This document shows positions 47,476-58,618 of a stretch of DNA of 62,838 bases, piece after piece (within the stretch, counting starts at the first letter, position 1; each line of letters starts with the position of its first letter). The notes below the pieces were generated by a model. The model was given only the letters and a program-made list of their open reading frames with translations, did no database searches and was not told the origin of the DNA. The stretch is from sequence record SRR31156797_11538; one strand, given 5' to 3'. A program made the position numbers and the translations under genes.

Positions 47476-48216
47476 TTATATCTTCCGGTAACCATTGCCT
47501 TCCCAGACCACGCCCATATGGTAGGCCATGAAACGGTCCATCACCGAAAAGCATTCCTGCCGTATTTCCGCCGGAAGCTGCAGGGTAATCCAGTTAGCCG
47601 GACCGGTATCCTGAATCCAAGCCAGAGTCCGCACCGTTCCTGCGCTGATTGTCTCGCCCTGCCTGCCATCATTACAGTCCAAACAGTTGATCTGTCCTTT
47701 TTCTATATTGAAGACCACAGGACGGGAACTGAACAAAGGTTTGCCGCATTGCGCGCAAATTGTAAAGTCAGGATTGTATCCTTGCTCAAATGCGACCTTG
47801 GCCCGAAAGAAAAGCGGAAAAAAATCGTCCGGCTCTGCCTCTTCGATAACATCCAGTGTTTCGGTCAGCAGCTCAAATACAGCCCGGTTGCCATCGCGCT
47901 CCAATACCGCGGATTCAAGAAATTTGAAACAATTGGCTGCCAGCCCTATCTTGCGGAAATCCGAACGAATTCCGGGATACCCCTTTATGAGACTCCCCTC
48001 CTGCAAGACTTGATAGGTTCCGGTCTTGTTGGTTCCGGTTTTAAAAAGTACTTGCGAGAAAGGTTCAAGACATCCGCCGAATCGTCTGCGACTCCTGCTT
48101 CCCCCGAAGGCAAATGCATTTTGCACTCCCCGTGTGGCGGACAAAAAACGAACCCAAAGATCGTTTTCCTTAAATTTACCTGTCTTAAGTATTACTACTT
48201 TTTCAGTAAGTTCCAT
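47476..48216 (-). CDS. recO: DNA repair protein RecO
   Basis: E-DLWV, GGSRSRRRFGGCLEPF and Zn finger CAQCG...CLDC; located upstream of glyQ. Confidence 0.9.
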   Translation of the reverse strand: MELTEKVVILKTGKFKENDLWVRFLSATRGVQNAFAFGGSRSRRRFGGCLEPFSQVLFKTGTNKTGTYQVLQEGSLIKGYPGIRSDFRKIGLAANCFKFLESAVLERDGNRAVFELLTETLDVIEEAEPDDFFPLFFRAKVAFEQGYNPDFTICAQCGKPLFSSRPVVFNIEKGQINCLDCNDGRQGETISAGTVRTLAWIQDTGPANWITLQLPAEIRQECFSVMDRFMAYHMGVVWEGNGYRKI

Positions 48217-48232
48217 CTACTCGTTGCTGTAA

Positions 48233-49111
48233 TTACTGAACAGCGGAAAATTCAAGTTTTTTGACCTTGCCTTTAGGCGCATCAAATGAATACGGCTTGC
48301 CGTTGGACACAATCTCAACTCCTCCGCCATTGCCGAGCTTTATTTTCAGGCTGTCCTCGTAAGGGAAAGAAAGAGTTTCACCTTCCTGAAGTACATATTC
48401 TTTGGTGTCACCGCCAACCACAGCTTCAAGCCAGCAAGCTTCACCGGGTTTGGCTGTAATTGTCACAATATTGCCGACAGGCTCAGCTACAACGAGTTCC
48501 TCTTCTGCCACTGACTGCTCAACAGCTTCCTCTACTTTGGTTTCAGCCGGAGCCTCACCTACTGCAGACTGTTCAATTTCTGCTGGAGCAGATTCAATAA
48601 CTTCAGCCTTTTTCTCTTCAACAGCCGGATCCTTAGTTTGCGGCTTGGGAGTCGCAGGCTTTTCCTGAACAGCCTCCTCCACAAGGATTTCCGTCTGCGC
48701 TTCTTTCTGAGCACCGAAAAAGGAATTATCATGCAGATAGTAAACCAAGCCGCCCACAACACCAACCAGAATCAAAACCAGAAATATAGTTCCAACGGAG
48801 CTTTTCTTTGGTTCCGCACTGTAAGCAGGCTGAACAACGTCTGTGACCTCATCAGCAGATTCAGTTGTACCGGAACCCATAATTTTTGAAAACTCATCAC
48901 CAACTTCTTCGGCATCAAGCCCGAGTGCCTTAGCATAGGTTTTTATAAACCCTTTGGCATAGACTTCATGGGGAAACTCTTTTTGGTCCCCACTTTCAAT
49001 GGCATTAATATTTACACGGCTGACCTTGGTGATTTCCATAATCTGTTCTATAGTCAGCCCTTGGCGTTCTCTCTCATCTTTTAATCGGGAACCAAGCTCT
49101 TTCAAATCCAT
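48233..49111 (-). CDS. RodZ-like HTH / TM / DUF4115 protein
   Basis: LGSRLK-ERE, AIESG, VYAKGFIKTYAKALGLD, one TM helix, and CWL...LGNGGGVE-NG. Confidence 0.85.
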   Translation of the reverse strand: MDLKELGSRLKDERERQGLTIEQIMEITKVSRVNINAIESGDQKEFPHEVYAKGFIKTYAKALGLDAEEVGDEFSKIMGSGTTESADEVTDVVQPAYSAEPKKSSVGTIFLVLILVGVVGGLVYYLHDNSFFGAQKEAQTEILVEEAVQEKPATPKPQTKDPAVEEKKAEVIESAPAEIEQSAVGEAPAETKVEEAVEQSVAEEELVVAEPVGNIVTITAKPGEACWLEAVVGGDTKEYVLQEGETLSFPYEDSLKIKLGNGGGVEIVSNGKPYSFDAPKGKVKKLEFSAVQ

Positions 49112-49216
49112 ACGACCCTCTCAATACAGTCTGGCAGTAATGTTTCAAAAACCAATTTGAAACTGTCGTTAAAAGCTGCCTGAAAGGCAACCAAGATCCG
49201 CTACAGTTCTCCCCAT

Positions 49217-50155
49217 TTATTTAAGCTCAATAACTGCTTTCTCCCTGAGCTTTTTAATAAAACCGGCAAATAATCCGTCCTGCTTCTGACGGTAAAGCCG
49301 TTGATAAATCTCTTGCTTGCTGTCTTCAAAAGATGCTGCCTCGGTATCGGCATAGGAATCTAGTTTAAGTAGCGCCTTAAAGCTCTGTACGTCAAAGGTC
49401 TTACTTATGCCACCGGGCTTCAAGCCCTCAAGGGCTTCGTGCCAGGTCTGGGCAAGATCCCCCCATTCGAGGACACCGAGATCACCGCCACTCCCAGCTC
49501 CGGGACCGGTAGTATATGTATCTGCAGCTTCTTCAAAAGTAATTTTCCCAGCAATAATCTGTTCACGCACCTGATCTGCTGAAATGTTTTCAGGGAAAAG
49601 AATCAATTTCAGATGTACGCTTTTAGCAACATCACCTTGATCAGTACGGGTGCTGTTCCATTCCGCCTTAATTTCTTCATCGGTAACAACAACCTTGCTT
49701 TTAACCTTATATGAAAGAAAGCGATGTTTGCGGATATCTCTTCCAAGTTTTTCTTTAAATGCAGTAAGGTTGGTTTTCTGAAGTTCAAGCTGACGTTCAA
49801 ACTCTTCGTCACTCAGATTACTTTTTTCTTTAATCGATTTAACTTCATTCTCAATATCCTGAACAGAGACATCAACCTTAAGTCTTTTACTTTCCTGATC
49901 GATAATAATTTCATTAATAAAGCGGTTAAGAATCTGCTGACGAACTTTTCTCAGTTGCTCCACCTCAACAGCGGAAAGCTCCTTTCCATTGAACTGTTTC
50001 ATAATGGGAGCCATTTTTCTGTTCAGTTCGTACATGGTCACAACTTCACCGTTTACAACGGCTACAATTCCATCAACAACTTTTTCTTCAGCAGTGACAA
50101 ATGATGCGGACCCTATAATCATGCTGGCCAGAAAACCGGCAATAATACGTTTCAA
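49217..50155 (-). CDS. SurA-like periplasmic chaperone/PPIase
   Basis: Signal peptide, DGIVAVVNGEVVT, GGDLG and LREKAVIE; TTG at 50155 follows AGGAGA. Confidence 0.85.
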   Translation of the reverse strand: MKRIIAGFLASMIIGSASFVTAEEKVVDGIVAVVNGEVVTMYELNRKMAPIMKQFNGKELSAVEVEQLRKVRQQILNRFINEIIIDQESKRLKVDVSVQDIENEVKSIKEKSNLSDEEFERQLELQKTNLTAFKEKLGRDIRKHRFLSYKVKSKVVVTDEEIKAEWNSTRTDQGDVAKSVHLKLILFPENISADQVREQIIAGKITFEEAADTYTTGPGAGSGGDLGVLEWGDLAQTWHEALEGLKPGGISKTFDVQSFKALLKLDSYADTEAASFEDSKQEIYQRLYRQKQDGLFAGFIKKLREKAVIELK

Positions 50156-50285
50156 TTCGATTCTCCTGAATATGGATACCGGACCCAAGTCCGGTTTTAT
50201 CGTCAAATTTATCGCAACCATCATAAAAAGGCCGCAACATCGTTAATTCCTATGACTAACTAAACTCTTTCACTAAACTATGCAA

Positions 50286-51245
50286 CTATTCAGCCTTTGT
50301 AGCTTTCTCAGATGCAATTCCCTGCTCAATTCCCTTAACTTCCGGCATCAATTCCTTGCTGATTTTGATTTTTGAAGTTGCCATTTTATTTTTTAACCAG
50401 CCTTCAAATTTTTCCTTAAGTTTTCTTTCTAAAAGGACTTTTTCAACCATGGGATAGGCCTGTAAAGGAGTCAGTAGAGTCGCTTCTTTTTTCTCTTTGA
50501 GAATCAAGCAAAAAACTTCTTTCTTTTGTGTGATTACCGGAGTTGCTTTGCCTGGTTCAAGATCTTCGACAAATGTCTTCCATTTTGCGGGGATTTGCCC
50601 ATTTCTAATCCAAATTTCACGGACCGACACTTTGCGGAGTTTTGCAGATATGGCAGCCGGAGTAAGGCCATCACGATAAAGCTCCACTCCTTTAAGAACC
50701 AAATCCTTACTCATACCTTTAACCATCACAAATCTATACCCGGCAGGCATGTAAAAATCGGAAAGATGGGTGCGGTAATATTTCTCAGCTTCCTTGTAAT
50801 CAATTTTAATTTCAGGGCGCAGTATGTCATGGAAAAACTTATCCATGGCCAGCTGATATTTAAGCTGTGAACGCCATGCATTGATATCGACATATTCTTC
50901 AATAAGTATCTGTTCAAAAGAATCATCAGGATAATCAGAGCGAACTTCGTCTTCAGCTTCTTTCAATTCCTGCTCAGAGACCGGAACTTCACGTTGTTCC
51001 AATTCTTGAGCAACGAGTTCCTGAACAATCAGATCCCCAAGAATCTGCCCATATTCTGCCCTGACCTGTTCAACAGAAGGAACAAAACCACCACCACCCT
51101 CATGGGTAAGGTCATATTTATATTCCAGCTGGCTCAAGTAGATGGGATTTCCATTTACCCTTGCGATAATGCCCGGTTCTTCACTTTTGTTCTGACAACC
51201 AAGCAAGGAGCAGGCCAGCAGCACACCGATCAGTATTTTTTTCAT
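50286..51245 (-). CDS. SurA/PrsA-like lipoprotein foldase (degenerate parvulin)
   Basis: Lipobox LLGC, IARVNG-PI, SurA N-terminal helical pattern; no GGDLG motif. Confidence 0.75.
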   Translation of the reverse strand: MKKILIGVLLACSLLGCQNKSEEPGIIARVNGNPIYLSQLEYKYDLTHEGGGGFVPSVEQVRAEYGQILGDLIVQELVAQELEQREVPVSEQELKEAEDEVRSDYPDDSFEQILIEEYVDINAWRSQLKYQLAMDKFFHDILRPEIKIDYKEAEKYYRTHLSDFYMPAGYRFVMVKGMSKDLVLKGVELYRDGLTPAAISAKLRKVSVREIWIRNGQIPAKWKTFVEDLEPGKATPVITQKKEVFCLILKEKKEATLLTPLQAYPMVEKVLLERKLKEKFEGWLKNKMATSKIKISKELMPEVKGIEQGIASEKATKAE

Positions 51246-51278
51246 ATCAGCTTCCAAATAAACCGTACAACGGCAAAG

Positions 51279-54200
51279 TTAAAGTAGCGGTTCAAGTTTT
51301 TTACAAATAGAATCAAGCCCTTTTGAGATAGAAAAACTCTGGTCAAGGCGAACTTCAAGAGCTGCCGGTGGCTTAAGTTTTGCTTTATCTCCCTGCTCTC
51401 CGATCCATGCAATAAGTTTAGCCGGATCAACAGGATTATTGTTCTCCATCCAGGTTAGGATTACCCTAGTCGGGAAAAGATCAGCCCGGACAACACCCAG
51501 ACGCGCCAGTGTCCGTTTGAGGTAAAGTACGGATATAAAATTCTCAACCTCTTCCGGAAAATGTCCAAAACGGTCTTTGATCTCCGCAGCAAGTTCTTCG
51601 ATTCCGGCTTCACTTTCAGCAGAGGAAAGAGCGCGGTAATACCGCAAACGTTCCCGAGCATCAGGAACAAAATCTTCAGGCAGATGAGCCTTGAACACAA
51701 AATTCATCTCAGGATCACTAACTTGTGCGGAATCATCACCTTTGATTCTGCGCACTTCTTCGTCCAGCATTTCAAGGAATAGATCAAGTCCAACCTTAGC
51801 CATCTGTCCTGACTGAACTTCACCAAGAATATTACCTGCCCCACGTAAACGCAGATCTTCCATAGCAACCTTGAACCCGGCACCAAGGTAATCGAGTTGC
51901 AGAATAATCTGCATTCTGCGTTTGGCTTTCTCGGAAAGTGAATCCAACGAAGAGACCGCAAAATATGCATAGGCCTGCCGAGTGCTGCGGCCTACCCTTC
52001 CGCGAAGCTGGTAAAGCTGACCAAGCCCGAACATCTGTGCCTGATCAACAATCAAGGTGTTGGCATTGGGGAAATCAAGCCCGGATTCAATAATGGCCGT
52101 AGCAACAAGGATATCCAGTTCCTTGTGCCAGAATTTGTGGATAGTCTCTTCAAGATTTTTCTCCGTCATCTGACCATGGGCCATACCAACCTTGGCATCC
52201 GGGGCAAGCTTTTTAACATACTCAACGACCCGTTCAAGGCCCTGAACCCTGTTGTGAACCCAGAAAATTTGTCCGCCACGTTCAAGCTCGCGGGCCACGA
52301 TGGATGCAAGCATCGCTTCATCACGCTCAATGAGTGCGGTCTCAACCGGCTTGCGGTCTACCGGAGGTGTTTCAATGGTACTCAAGCTGCGCACCCCGGA
52401 AAGGGAGAGCTGCAAAGTACGGGGAATGGGGGTTGCAGTCAGGGTCAGTGCATCAATATTCTTGCGCATTTCCTTAACCCGTTCCTTGTGGCGCACGCCG
52501 AAACGTTGCTCTTCATCAAGAATAAGTAAACCAAGGTTGGGCGCTTCCACATCCTTGGAAAGTACCCGGTGAGTCCCGATAAGGATATCAAGTTCACCTG
52601 CTGCCATTTGCTCCAAAACGCGCTTCTGGCGAGACTTTGGAACAAAGCGACTGAGCATGCCCACAGTAACCGGAAATCCTTCCATGCGCTGCATAAAGGT
52701 CTGGTAATGCTGCTCCGCAAGCACTGTTGTGGGACACAGCAAAACTACCTGCTTGCCGTCCAGAACAGCCCTGAAAGCCGCGCGCAAGGCAACCTCAGTC
52801 TTACCGAAACCAACGTCACCGCAAACAAGGCGATCCATGGGTTCCGGGCTTTCCATATCACGGAAAACATCTTGAATAGCCTTTTCCTGATCTGGAGTTT
52901 CCTCGAATCCAAAGGTTGATTCAAATTCCCAATACATCTCGTCCAGCGGACCGTAGGCATACCCTTTAGCAATCTTGCGGTAGGCATACATCTCGACCAG
53001 TTCCCCTGCTATCTTTTCAATGGCCTTACGGGCCTTTTCGCGGGTCTTGGCCCAGCGTGCGCCGCCAAGCTTATCAAGTATCGGACATGATCCTTCCGGA
53101 CCCTTGTATTTCTGGACCAGATTTAATCGGTCGACCGGGACGTAAAGCTTGTCTTCGGAATCAAAAAAAAGAAGAAGATAATCATTAGCCACATCACCGA
53201 CATTCATATGATGCAACCCACCAAAACGGGAAAGACCATAATCACGATGGACCAGCAGATCATCAAGGAGAAGGTCTTCGTAGCTGGTCATGCCCTCAAA
53301 GGCTTTATCACGGCTGCGGGTACCCTTTGCAGCCTGCGGCTGAATGACATCTTCACCAAGAATTACCGTCTGGTTCCATTCCAGCTCCATCCCCTGTCTC
53401 AAAGGAGATACAAGAGCATAAATTCCCTTGTTCTGAGGAGAATATTCCGTGGCAATGGTAAGCTGTTCCGGTTCGATAAGCGAAAGGAATTTCTTGCGAG
53501 AACGTTCGGTGCGGAAACTGAGCACAGTTTGAAAACGCTCACTTTTCCACTCTTTCAAAGCTGCGACCAATGCCGCCCACGGACGTTTGATCTGCTCAGG
53601 CTTCCAAAATATATCTGTGAACGCGGATATAGAGCGTTCCGAAAGATCAATGCCATCCTTCTCTCTGCCGATAACCAGATCCTCAAAAACCATCTGCCGC
53701 TCATCTCTCCATGATCCGCGGGCTTTCTCCTCATTCCAGCAAATCACATGCATGGGCCATTTGCAGCCATTATGCGCGGATTTATCTAACAAGAAAGTTT
53801 TCCAGCCGTACTCTTGATCTTGTAATTTAGACCGCAGGTTGGATGCGGAAGAGAGCACGTAAACTGATTTTTGCGGAAAAAAAGCTTTAAGGTCCACAGC
53901 TTCAGGATAAAAAAGCCCGGGCCAGATCATACCGTCGGCATTCTCCGCTTTTTCGAGCAAACGAGTGTACCCTTCAGAGGAAATTTCTCCGGTCTTTTTA
54001 AGCTGAGTCCAGAGAGTTTCAGCTTCCTCCACATAATTTCCGGTCAACATGGCCGGAGCAACGGGCAGCAGAGTTATTTCGTCAAGATCGGCTTTTGATC
54101 GCTGAGATGAGGGATCGAAAACACGGATCTCTTCAAGTATGTCACCAAAAAATTCAAGACGCACCGGCAAATCGTATCCCGGTGCATAAATATCGAGAAT

Positions 54201-54728
54201 GTCTCCGCGCATGGACATCTCACCATGCCCGGAAACAAGTTTTGTCCTTGTATAGCCCCATGTCACCGCCTGTTCCATTAGCAGTTCCGGGTCCATTTCT
54301 TCACCCTTTGCGAGAACAATATAGTTACTCTCCAAAACATCCGGTGAAGGCCATTTGGGCAGCAGGTTGTCAGCCGTCATAAGTACGGATTGCTTACCCC
54401 CACGGGTAAGAGCATGCAGTGCGGCCCAACGCTCAGCCCAATCAGACGCAGCTGGATTCTTACTCAAGTATGGCGGCAGAAATACCCAGTCTCTTTCCCA
54501 GGAAGGAACAACTTTGCCCTTCTGTTCAAGTTCGTTGCGGCTGAACAAGGTCAGCAGGGCCTTAAGTTCTGAATATTCGCGCGCGCCCGGAGCAACAAGA
54601 ACAACCGACTCTCCCCTTGAATGGAGATTATGGGCTGTGAAGGCTTGGGTTCCGTGACCGCTTTTAAAAATACGTAAGTTATCGCCACTTCCGGAAGCGA
54701 AAGCGGAGAGCTGAGCTGGTAAGGACAA
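51279..54728 (-). CDS. mfd: Transcription-repair coupling factor
   Basis: RGDILDI, LVH-DYG, MDRLVCGDVGFGKTEVA, DEEQRFGV, QLRGRVGR and DLRLRGAGNILG motifs. Confidence 0.97.
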   Translation of the reverse strand: MSLPAQLSAFASGSGDNLRIFKSGHGTQAFTAHNLHSRGESVVLVAPGAREYSELKALLTLFSRNELEQKGKVVPSWERDWVFLPPYLSKNPAASDWAERWAALHALTRGGKQSVLMTADNLLPKWPSPDVLESNYIVLAKGEEMDPELLMEQAVTWGYTRTKLVSGHGEMSMRGDILDIYAPGYDLPVRLEFFGDILEEIRVFDPSSQRSKADLDEITLLPVAPAMLTGNYVEEAETLWTQLKKTGEISSEGYTRLLEKAENADGMIWPGLFYPEAVDLKAFFPQKSVYVLSSASNLRSKLQDQEYGWKTFLLDKSAHNGCKWPMHVICWNEEKARGSWRDERQMVFEDLVIGREKDGIDLSERSISAFTDIFWKPEQIKRPWAALVAALKEWKSERFQTVLSFRTERSRKKFLSLIEPEQLTIATEYSPQNKGIYALVSPLRQGMELEWNQTVILGEDVIQPQAAKGTRSRDKAFEGMTSYEDLLLDDLLVHRDYGLSRFGGLHHMNVGDVANDYLLLFFDSEDKLYVPVDRLNLVQKYKGPEGSCPILDKLGGARWAKTREKARKAIEKIAGELVEMYAYRKIAKGYAYGPLDEMYWEFESTFGFEETPDQEKAIQDVFRDMESPEPMDRLVCGDVGFGKTEVALRAAFRAVLDGKQVVLLCPTTVLAEQHYQTFMQRMEGFPVTVGMLSRFVPKSRQKRVLEQMAAGELDILIGTHRVLSKDVEAPNLGLLILDEEQRFGVRHKERVKEMRKNIDALTLTATPIPRTLQLSLSGVRSLSTIETPPVDRKPVETALIERDEAMLASIVARELERGGQIFWVHNRVQGLERVVEYVKKLAPDAKVGMAHGQMTEKNLEETIHKFWHKELDILVATAIIESGLDFPNANTLIVDQAQMFGLGQLYQLRGRVGRSTRQAYAYFAVSSLDSLSEKAKRRMQIILQLDYLGAGFKVAMEDLRLRGAGNILGEVQSGQMAKVGLDLFLEMLDEEVRRIKGDDSAQVSDPEMNFVFKAHLPEDFVPDARERLRYYRALSSAESEAGIEELAAEIKDRFGHFPEEVENFISVLYLKRTLARLGVVRADLFPTRVILTWMENNNPVDPAKLIAWIGEQGDKAKLKPPAALEVRLDQSFSISKGLDSICKKLEPLL

Positions 54729-54754
54729 ACTGACTCCAGAAATTTATCAAAATT

Positions 54755-54793
54755 AAAGTCGTCCTCTGCTCAAGCAGAGGACGACTTTTTTTT
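54755..54793. terminator. Hairpin/terminator between cheW and mfd
   Basis: AAAGTCGTCCTCTGCT/AGCAGAGGACGACTTT stem; the long T-tract is on the plus strand. Confidence 0.65.
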
Positions 54794-54897
54794 GCAGGGA
54801 AATGCTGCTGCTGTCCAGTTCTAAAACCATTATTAATTAACAATCAGATTAAAGAACTGCTGGAAGGCAAAAACTTGCACTTATCTTTCAGCAGCGA

Positions 54898-55377
54898 CTA
54901 AACCTGTGCAAGCTGTTCCTGTTCTTCGTTGGACAGGAGCCTGTTCAGGTCAAGCAGGATAAGCAATCTATCTTCAAGCTTACCCACTCCACTTATGTAT
55001 TCGGATTCAAGACCGGAAACAACAGGCGGCGGCGGTTCAACGGTGGATGCGGGAATTCTCAGGACTTCAGAAACGGAGTCCACAACAAAACCTACTATCA
55101 TATCGTTGATTTCAATAACAATAATTCTGGTATGCTGGTCATGTTCACGGAACTGCAGACCGAACTTGCTTCTGAGATCGATGATGGGAATAACTTTACC
55201 GCGAAGGTTGATTACGCCCTCAACGAATTGCGGTGCTCTGGGAACCTTGGTAATCTCCATGGTTCTGATAATCTCTTGAACCTTGAGAATATCAACACCG
55301 AATTCTTCTTCACCGATACTGAAGGTAACCAGCTGAATCAATTCCGCGTCAAGCGTAATCTTCTTACCTTCTTCCAT
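54898..55377 (-). CDS. cheW: Chemotaxis coupling protein
   Basis: QLVTF-EEFGVDILKVQEI, GVINLRGKVIPIIDLR and GFVVDSVSEV motifs. Confidence 0.96.
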   Translation of the reverse strand: MEEGKKITLDAELIQLVTFSIGEEEFGVDILKVQEIIRTMEITKVPRAPQFVEGVINLRGKVIPIIDLRSKFGLQFREHDQHTRIIVIEINDMIVGFVVDSVSEVLRIPASTVEPPPPVVSGLESEYISGVGKLEDRLLILLDLNRLLSNEEQEQLAQV

Positions 55378-55623
55378 ACTTGTCCCCCTGTTATATTTTT
55401 ACAGTGGATGACCAAGGAATTTGATCAATTTTAATTTATAAGAAAACTCAAAAGTTCTAATTTAATACTATATTATTATTCATCTGAAACATTTGCAAGC
55501 TAATCCTGAAATTATAAAAGAATTACGCATTTTTTCTAAGCACAGAAATTGACTAGCTCCACTTTAATGACTATCAGTAAAACCTGATAGCAAAAAGCGA
55601 AGCTCAGGAGGGTATGAACTCGC

Positions 55624-55839
55624 ATGGCTCAGTTTTCCCCGACAGAAAATATTACTCTGGAAGATCAAATCAAATCACTAGCAAACGAAGAGCTGCTCGA
55701 CTTTTGGGAAGAAACACAGTTTTTGGCCAAGATGCTTGAGCAGGATAATCAAGAAGATATCCCATACAGCCCGGAGTATGAAAGGCTGATCCTGCAGGAA
55801 CTGCAACTCAGATCATCAATGAAAACTCTGGATTCGTAA
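55624..55839 (+). CDS. Small acidic hypothetical protein (71 aa)
   Basis: Strong SD AGGAGG and its own terminator; L-EELLDFWEETQ...PEYE-ILQEL-R. Confidence 0.75.
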   Translation: MAQFSPTENITLEDQIKSLANEELLDFWEETQFLAKMLEQDNQEDIPYSPEYERLILQELQLRSSMKTLDS

Positions 55840-55844
55840 ATAAT

Positions 55845-55870
55845 AAGGCCCGCCAATGGCGGGCCTTTTT
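55845..55870. terminator. Bidirectional terminator
   Basis: AAGGCCCGCCA/TGGCGGGCCTT plus T-tract. Confidence 0.8.
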
Positions 55871-55892
55871 ATTTACTATTCTTAAATAAAAA

Positions 55893-57239
55893 CTAATCTT
55901 CAGTTCCAACCGGACGGCGGCCTACACTGAAGTAAGCAAAACCGTTGCTTCCAAGGTAAGCAGGATCATAAAGGTTCCTGCCGTCAAAAACCAGCGGAGC
56001 ATGGAGAGATTCTTTCACCCTCTCGAAATCGGGGTTCCTAAACTGGTTCCAGTCGGTAACAACAGCAAGAGCATCTGCGCTTTCAAGGACTTCATACTGA
56101 TTGTGGACAATCTCCACCAGATCATTATCACTCAAAATTTCTGCTGCTTTTTTATGTGCTACAGGATCGAATGCTTTAATTTTCATACCTGCGGAGGTCA
56201 GCTCTTCAATAATTGAAAGAGCGGAAGATTCACGCATATCATCAGTATTGGCTTTGAATGCAAGCCCCCACAATGCCAGAGTTTTCCCTTTAACACCGCC
56301 CTGAGGCTCAAAGTAGTCCAGAATTTTTCTGGAGAGCATTTTTTTCTGACGATTGTTAACAGAATCAACAGCCTCAATAAGTTCAGGCTGAGCCCCTACT
56401 TCCTTAGCAGTGTTGATCAAGGCTTTTACATCCTTAGGAAAGCAAGACCCGCCGTATCCTACGCCAGGGTAAATGAAGTAGTAACCGATACGGTGATCAG
56501 AGCCGATACCCAAACGCACTTCACGTACATTAGCACCAACCTTCTCGCAAATTCCGGCCATTTCGTTAATAAAAGAAATTTTTGTGGCCAGCATGCAGTT
56601 TGCCGCATACTTGGTCATTTCCGCGCTTCTGGTACCCATGAAAATAAGTTTTTCACGACTGCGGGCATAAGGTGCATAAAGAGTTTCAAACTGCTTGCGG
56701 GTTTCTTCATTCTCAGAACCGACAACAACCCGGTCAGGTTTCATAAAATCACTTACCGCATCCCCCTCTTTAAGGAATTCAGGGTTGGAAGCAACATCAA
56801 AATCAATATCCAGACCACGTTTATCCAACTCTTCCTGAATGGTAGACCGGACTTTATCAGCAGTTCCGACAGGTACGGTGGATTTATCTACAATAATTTT
56901 AGGTTCAGTCATATTCTGACCGACCTGACGGGCTACAGTCTCAACATAACTAAGATCACAACTGCCGTCGGGACCGCAAGGTGTACCCACGCAGATAAAA
57001 ACCATCTTGGCTTTTGCCAGTCCTTCTTTAAGATCGGTGGTAAAGAAAAGTCTTTCGTCTTCGTAGTTACGCTTAACAAGGACATCGAGGCCGGGTTCGA
57101 AAATATGAACTTCACCCTGCTTAAGGGTTTCAACTACATCAGGATTAACATCCACGCACCAGACGTGGTTACCCATTTCAGCAAAACACGCCGCGCTGAC
57201 CAGACCCACATATCCGGTCCCTACAATACAAATGTTCAT
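55893..57239 (-). CDS. ugd: UDP-glucose 6-dehydrogenase
   Basis: VGTGYVGL, KSTVPVGT, SNPEFLKEG, KYAAN-LATKISFINE, GYGGSCFPKD and GLAFK-NTDDMRES motifs. Confidence 0.93.
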   Translation of the reverse strand: MNICIVGTGYVGLVSAACFAEMGNHVWCVDVNPDVVETLKQGEVHIFEPGLDVLVKRNYEDERLFFTTDLKEGLAKAKMVFICVGTPCGPDGSCDLSYVETVARQVGQNMTEPKIIVDKSTVPVGTADKVRSTIQEELDKRGLDIDFDVASNPEFLKEGDAVSDFMKPDRVVVGSENEETRKQFETLYAPYARSREKLIFMGTRSAEMTKYAANCMLATKISFINEMAGICEKVGANVREVRLGIGSDHRIGYYFIYPGVGYGGSCFPKDVKALINTAKEVGAQPELIEAVDSVNNRQKKMLSRKILDYFEPQGGVKGKTLALWGLAFKANTDDMRESSALSIIEELTSAGMKIKAFDPVAHKKAAEILSDNDLVEIVHNQYEVLESADALAVVTDWNQFRNPDFERVKESLHAPLVFDGRNLYDPAYLGSNGFAYFSVGRRPVGTED

Positions 57240-57514
57240 TAGCTGTTCTCTCGTTTATTTATAGCGTTTGATTTTCTATAATTAGCTGGCATTATCTTAG
57301 GTGCCGGGCTGACGCTTAATTGATCCTAGTGCGGATAACGCCTTTATGTTTTTAATGTCAACTCTAACCCGGTTACAAAGATATGACGGTTGCCATCAAA
57401 GTCCATTAACTATATTGTGCTGTTAGCAAGCCGGAAACCGCTTTCGGCTTCATTTTTAATATAATAAAAATTAGACTTTTAAATTAAAAAATAATTTTAC
57501 CGGAGGATATAATC

Positions 57515-58240
57515 ATGCCCTTCTTATGCGTCAATGTTGACCATGTAGCCACCATCAGGCAAGCCCGCCTCGGAATTGAACCAGACCCCGTTACCGCTGC
57601 CGCCATGTGTGAGCTGGCCGGAGCGGTGGGTATTATCATGCACCTGCGTGAAGACCGCAGGCACGTGCAGGACCGCGATATCGATATGATCAGCAGGACC
57701 ATACAGACCGACTTTCATTTTGAAATGGCAGCCACTGAGGAAATGCAACAGATCGCCCTGCGCATCGATCCTGCCACAGTCTGCCTCGTACCTGAAAAGC
57801 GCGAAGAGCTTACCACTGAAGGCGGCCTAAACTGCATCGGTCAGGAAAAACGCCTCACCGAATACCTTGCCCCACTGCATGAAAAAGGAATCGGCTCCAG
57901 CCTGTTCATTGATGCTGACGCCGATCAGATCAAGGCAGCCAAGGCCATCGGTGCTGAATATGTTGAAATCCATACCGGACATTTTGCCGATGCCCCGACC
58001 CGTTCCGAACAAAAAGCGGAACTGGCCCGCATCATCGACGGTATCAAGATATCTCAGGATCTCGGACTCAAGGTTAACTTAGGTCACGGACTGAACTACG
58101 TGAACATCCTTGATTTCGCTGACGTTCCCGGCATCTGCGAATATTCCATCGGCCACTCCATCATGTCCCGTGCTATCTACGTGGGTATTGATCGCGCTGT
58201 CCGTGATATGGTTGAAATCATTAGAAACTTTGCTGATTAA
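57515..58240 (+). CDS. pdxJ: Pyridoxine 5'-phosphate synthase
   Basis: [40 protein letters not shown] and GHGL motifs. Confidence 0.97.
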   Translation: MPFLCVNVDHVATIRQARLGIEPDPVTAAAMCELAGAVGIIMHLREDRRHVQDRDIDMISRTIQTDFHFEMAATEEMQQIALRIDPATVCLVPEKREELTTEGGLNCIGQEKRLTEYLAPLHEKGIGSSLFIDADADQIKAAKAIGAEYVEIHTGHFADAPTRSEQKAELARIIDGIKISQDLGLKVNLGHGLNYVNILDFADVPGICEYSIGHSIMSRAIYVGIDRAVRDMVEIIRNFAD

Positions 58241-58243
58241 TTC

Positions 58244-58618
58244 ATGATCATCGGACTTGGAATAGATATAACTGAACTTGATCGCGTGAAGCGTTCGCTG
58301 GATAAATACGGCGAACGCTTTACGGAAAAAATTCTTACTCCCAAAGAACTGGAACTTCTCCCTCAAAAAAATCCAGTTCCTTATGTTGCCGCACGCTTTG
58401 CCGCCAAAGAAGCAGCAGTAAAAGCACTAGGCACCGGATTTGCGGAGGGGATAACATTTCATACAATCGAGATTACCCGTATGGATTCGGGCGCACCGCA
58501 ATTGAATTTTCTTGGCGAAGCCCTTTCGCGCAGTAAAGCCATGGGCGTTGAAGGAATCCATATTTCAATTACCCACGGACGGGACACTGCCGCTGCTGTT
58601 GTTGTTTTAGAAAAATAA
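58244..58618 (+). CDS. acpS: Holo-[acyl-carrier-protein] synthase
   Basis: GLGIDI, ARFAAKEA-KALGTG and ISITH motifs. Confidence 0.96.
   Translation: MIIGLGIDITELDRVKRSLDKYGERFTEKILTPKELELLPQKNPVPYVAARFAAKEAAVKALGTGFAEGITFHTIEITRMDSGAPQLNFLGEALSRSKAMGVEGIHISITHGRDTAAAVVVLEK

Noticed and set aside
44581-48264. Long plus-strand ORFs (384, 265, 296, 248 aa) opposite glyS, glyQ and recO
   Set aside because: Antisense shadows of well-conserved genes with no recognisable motifs or RBS.
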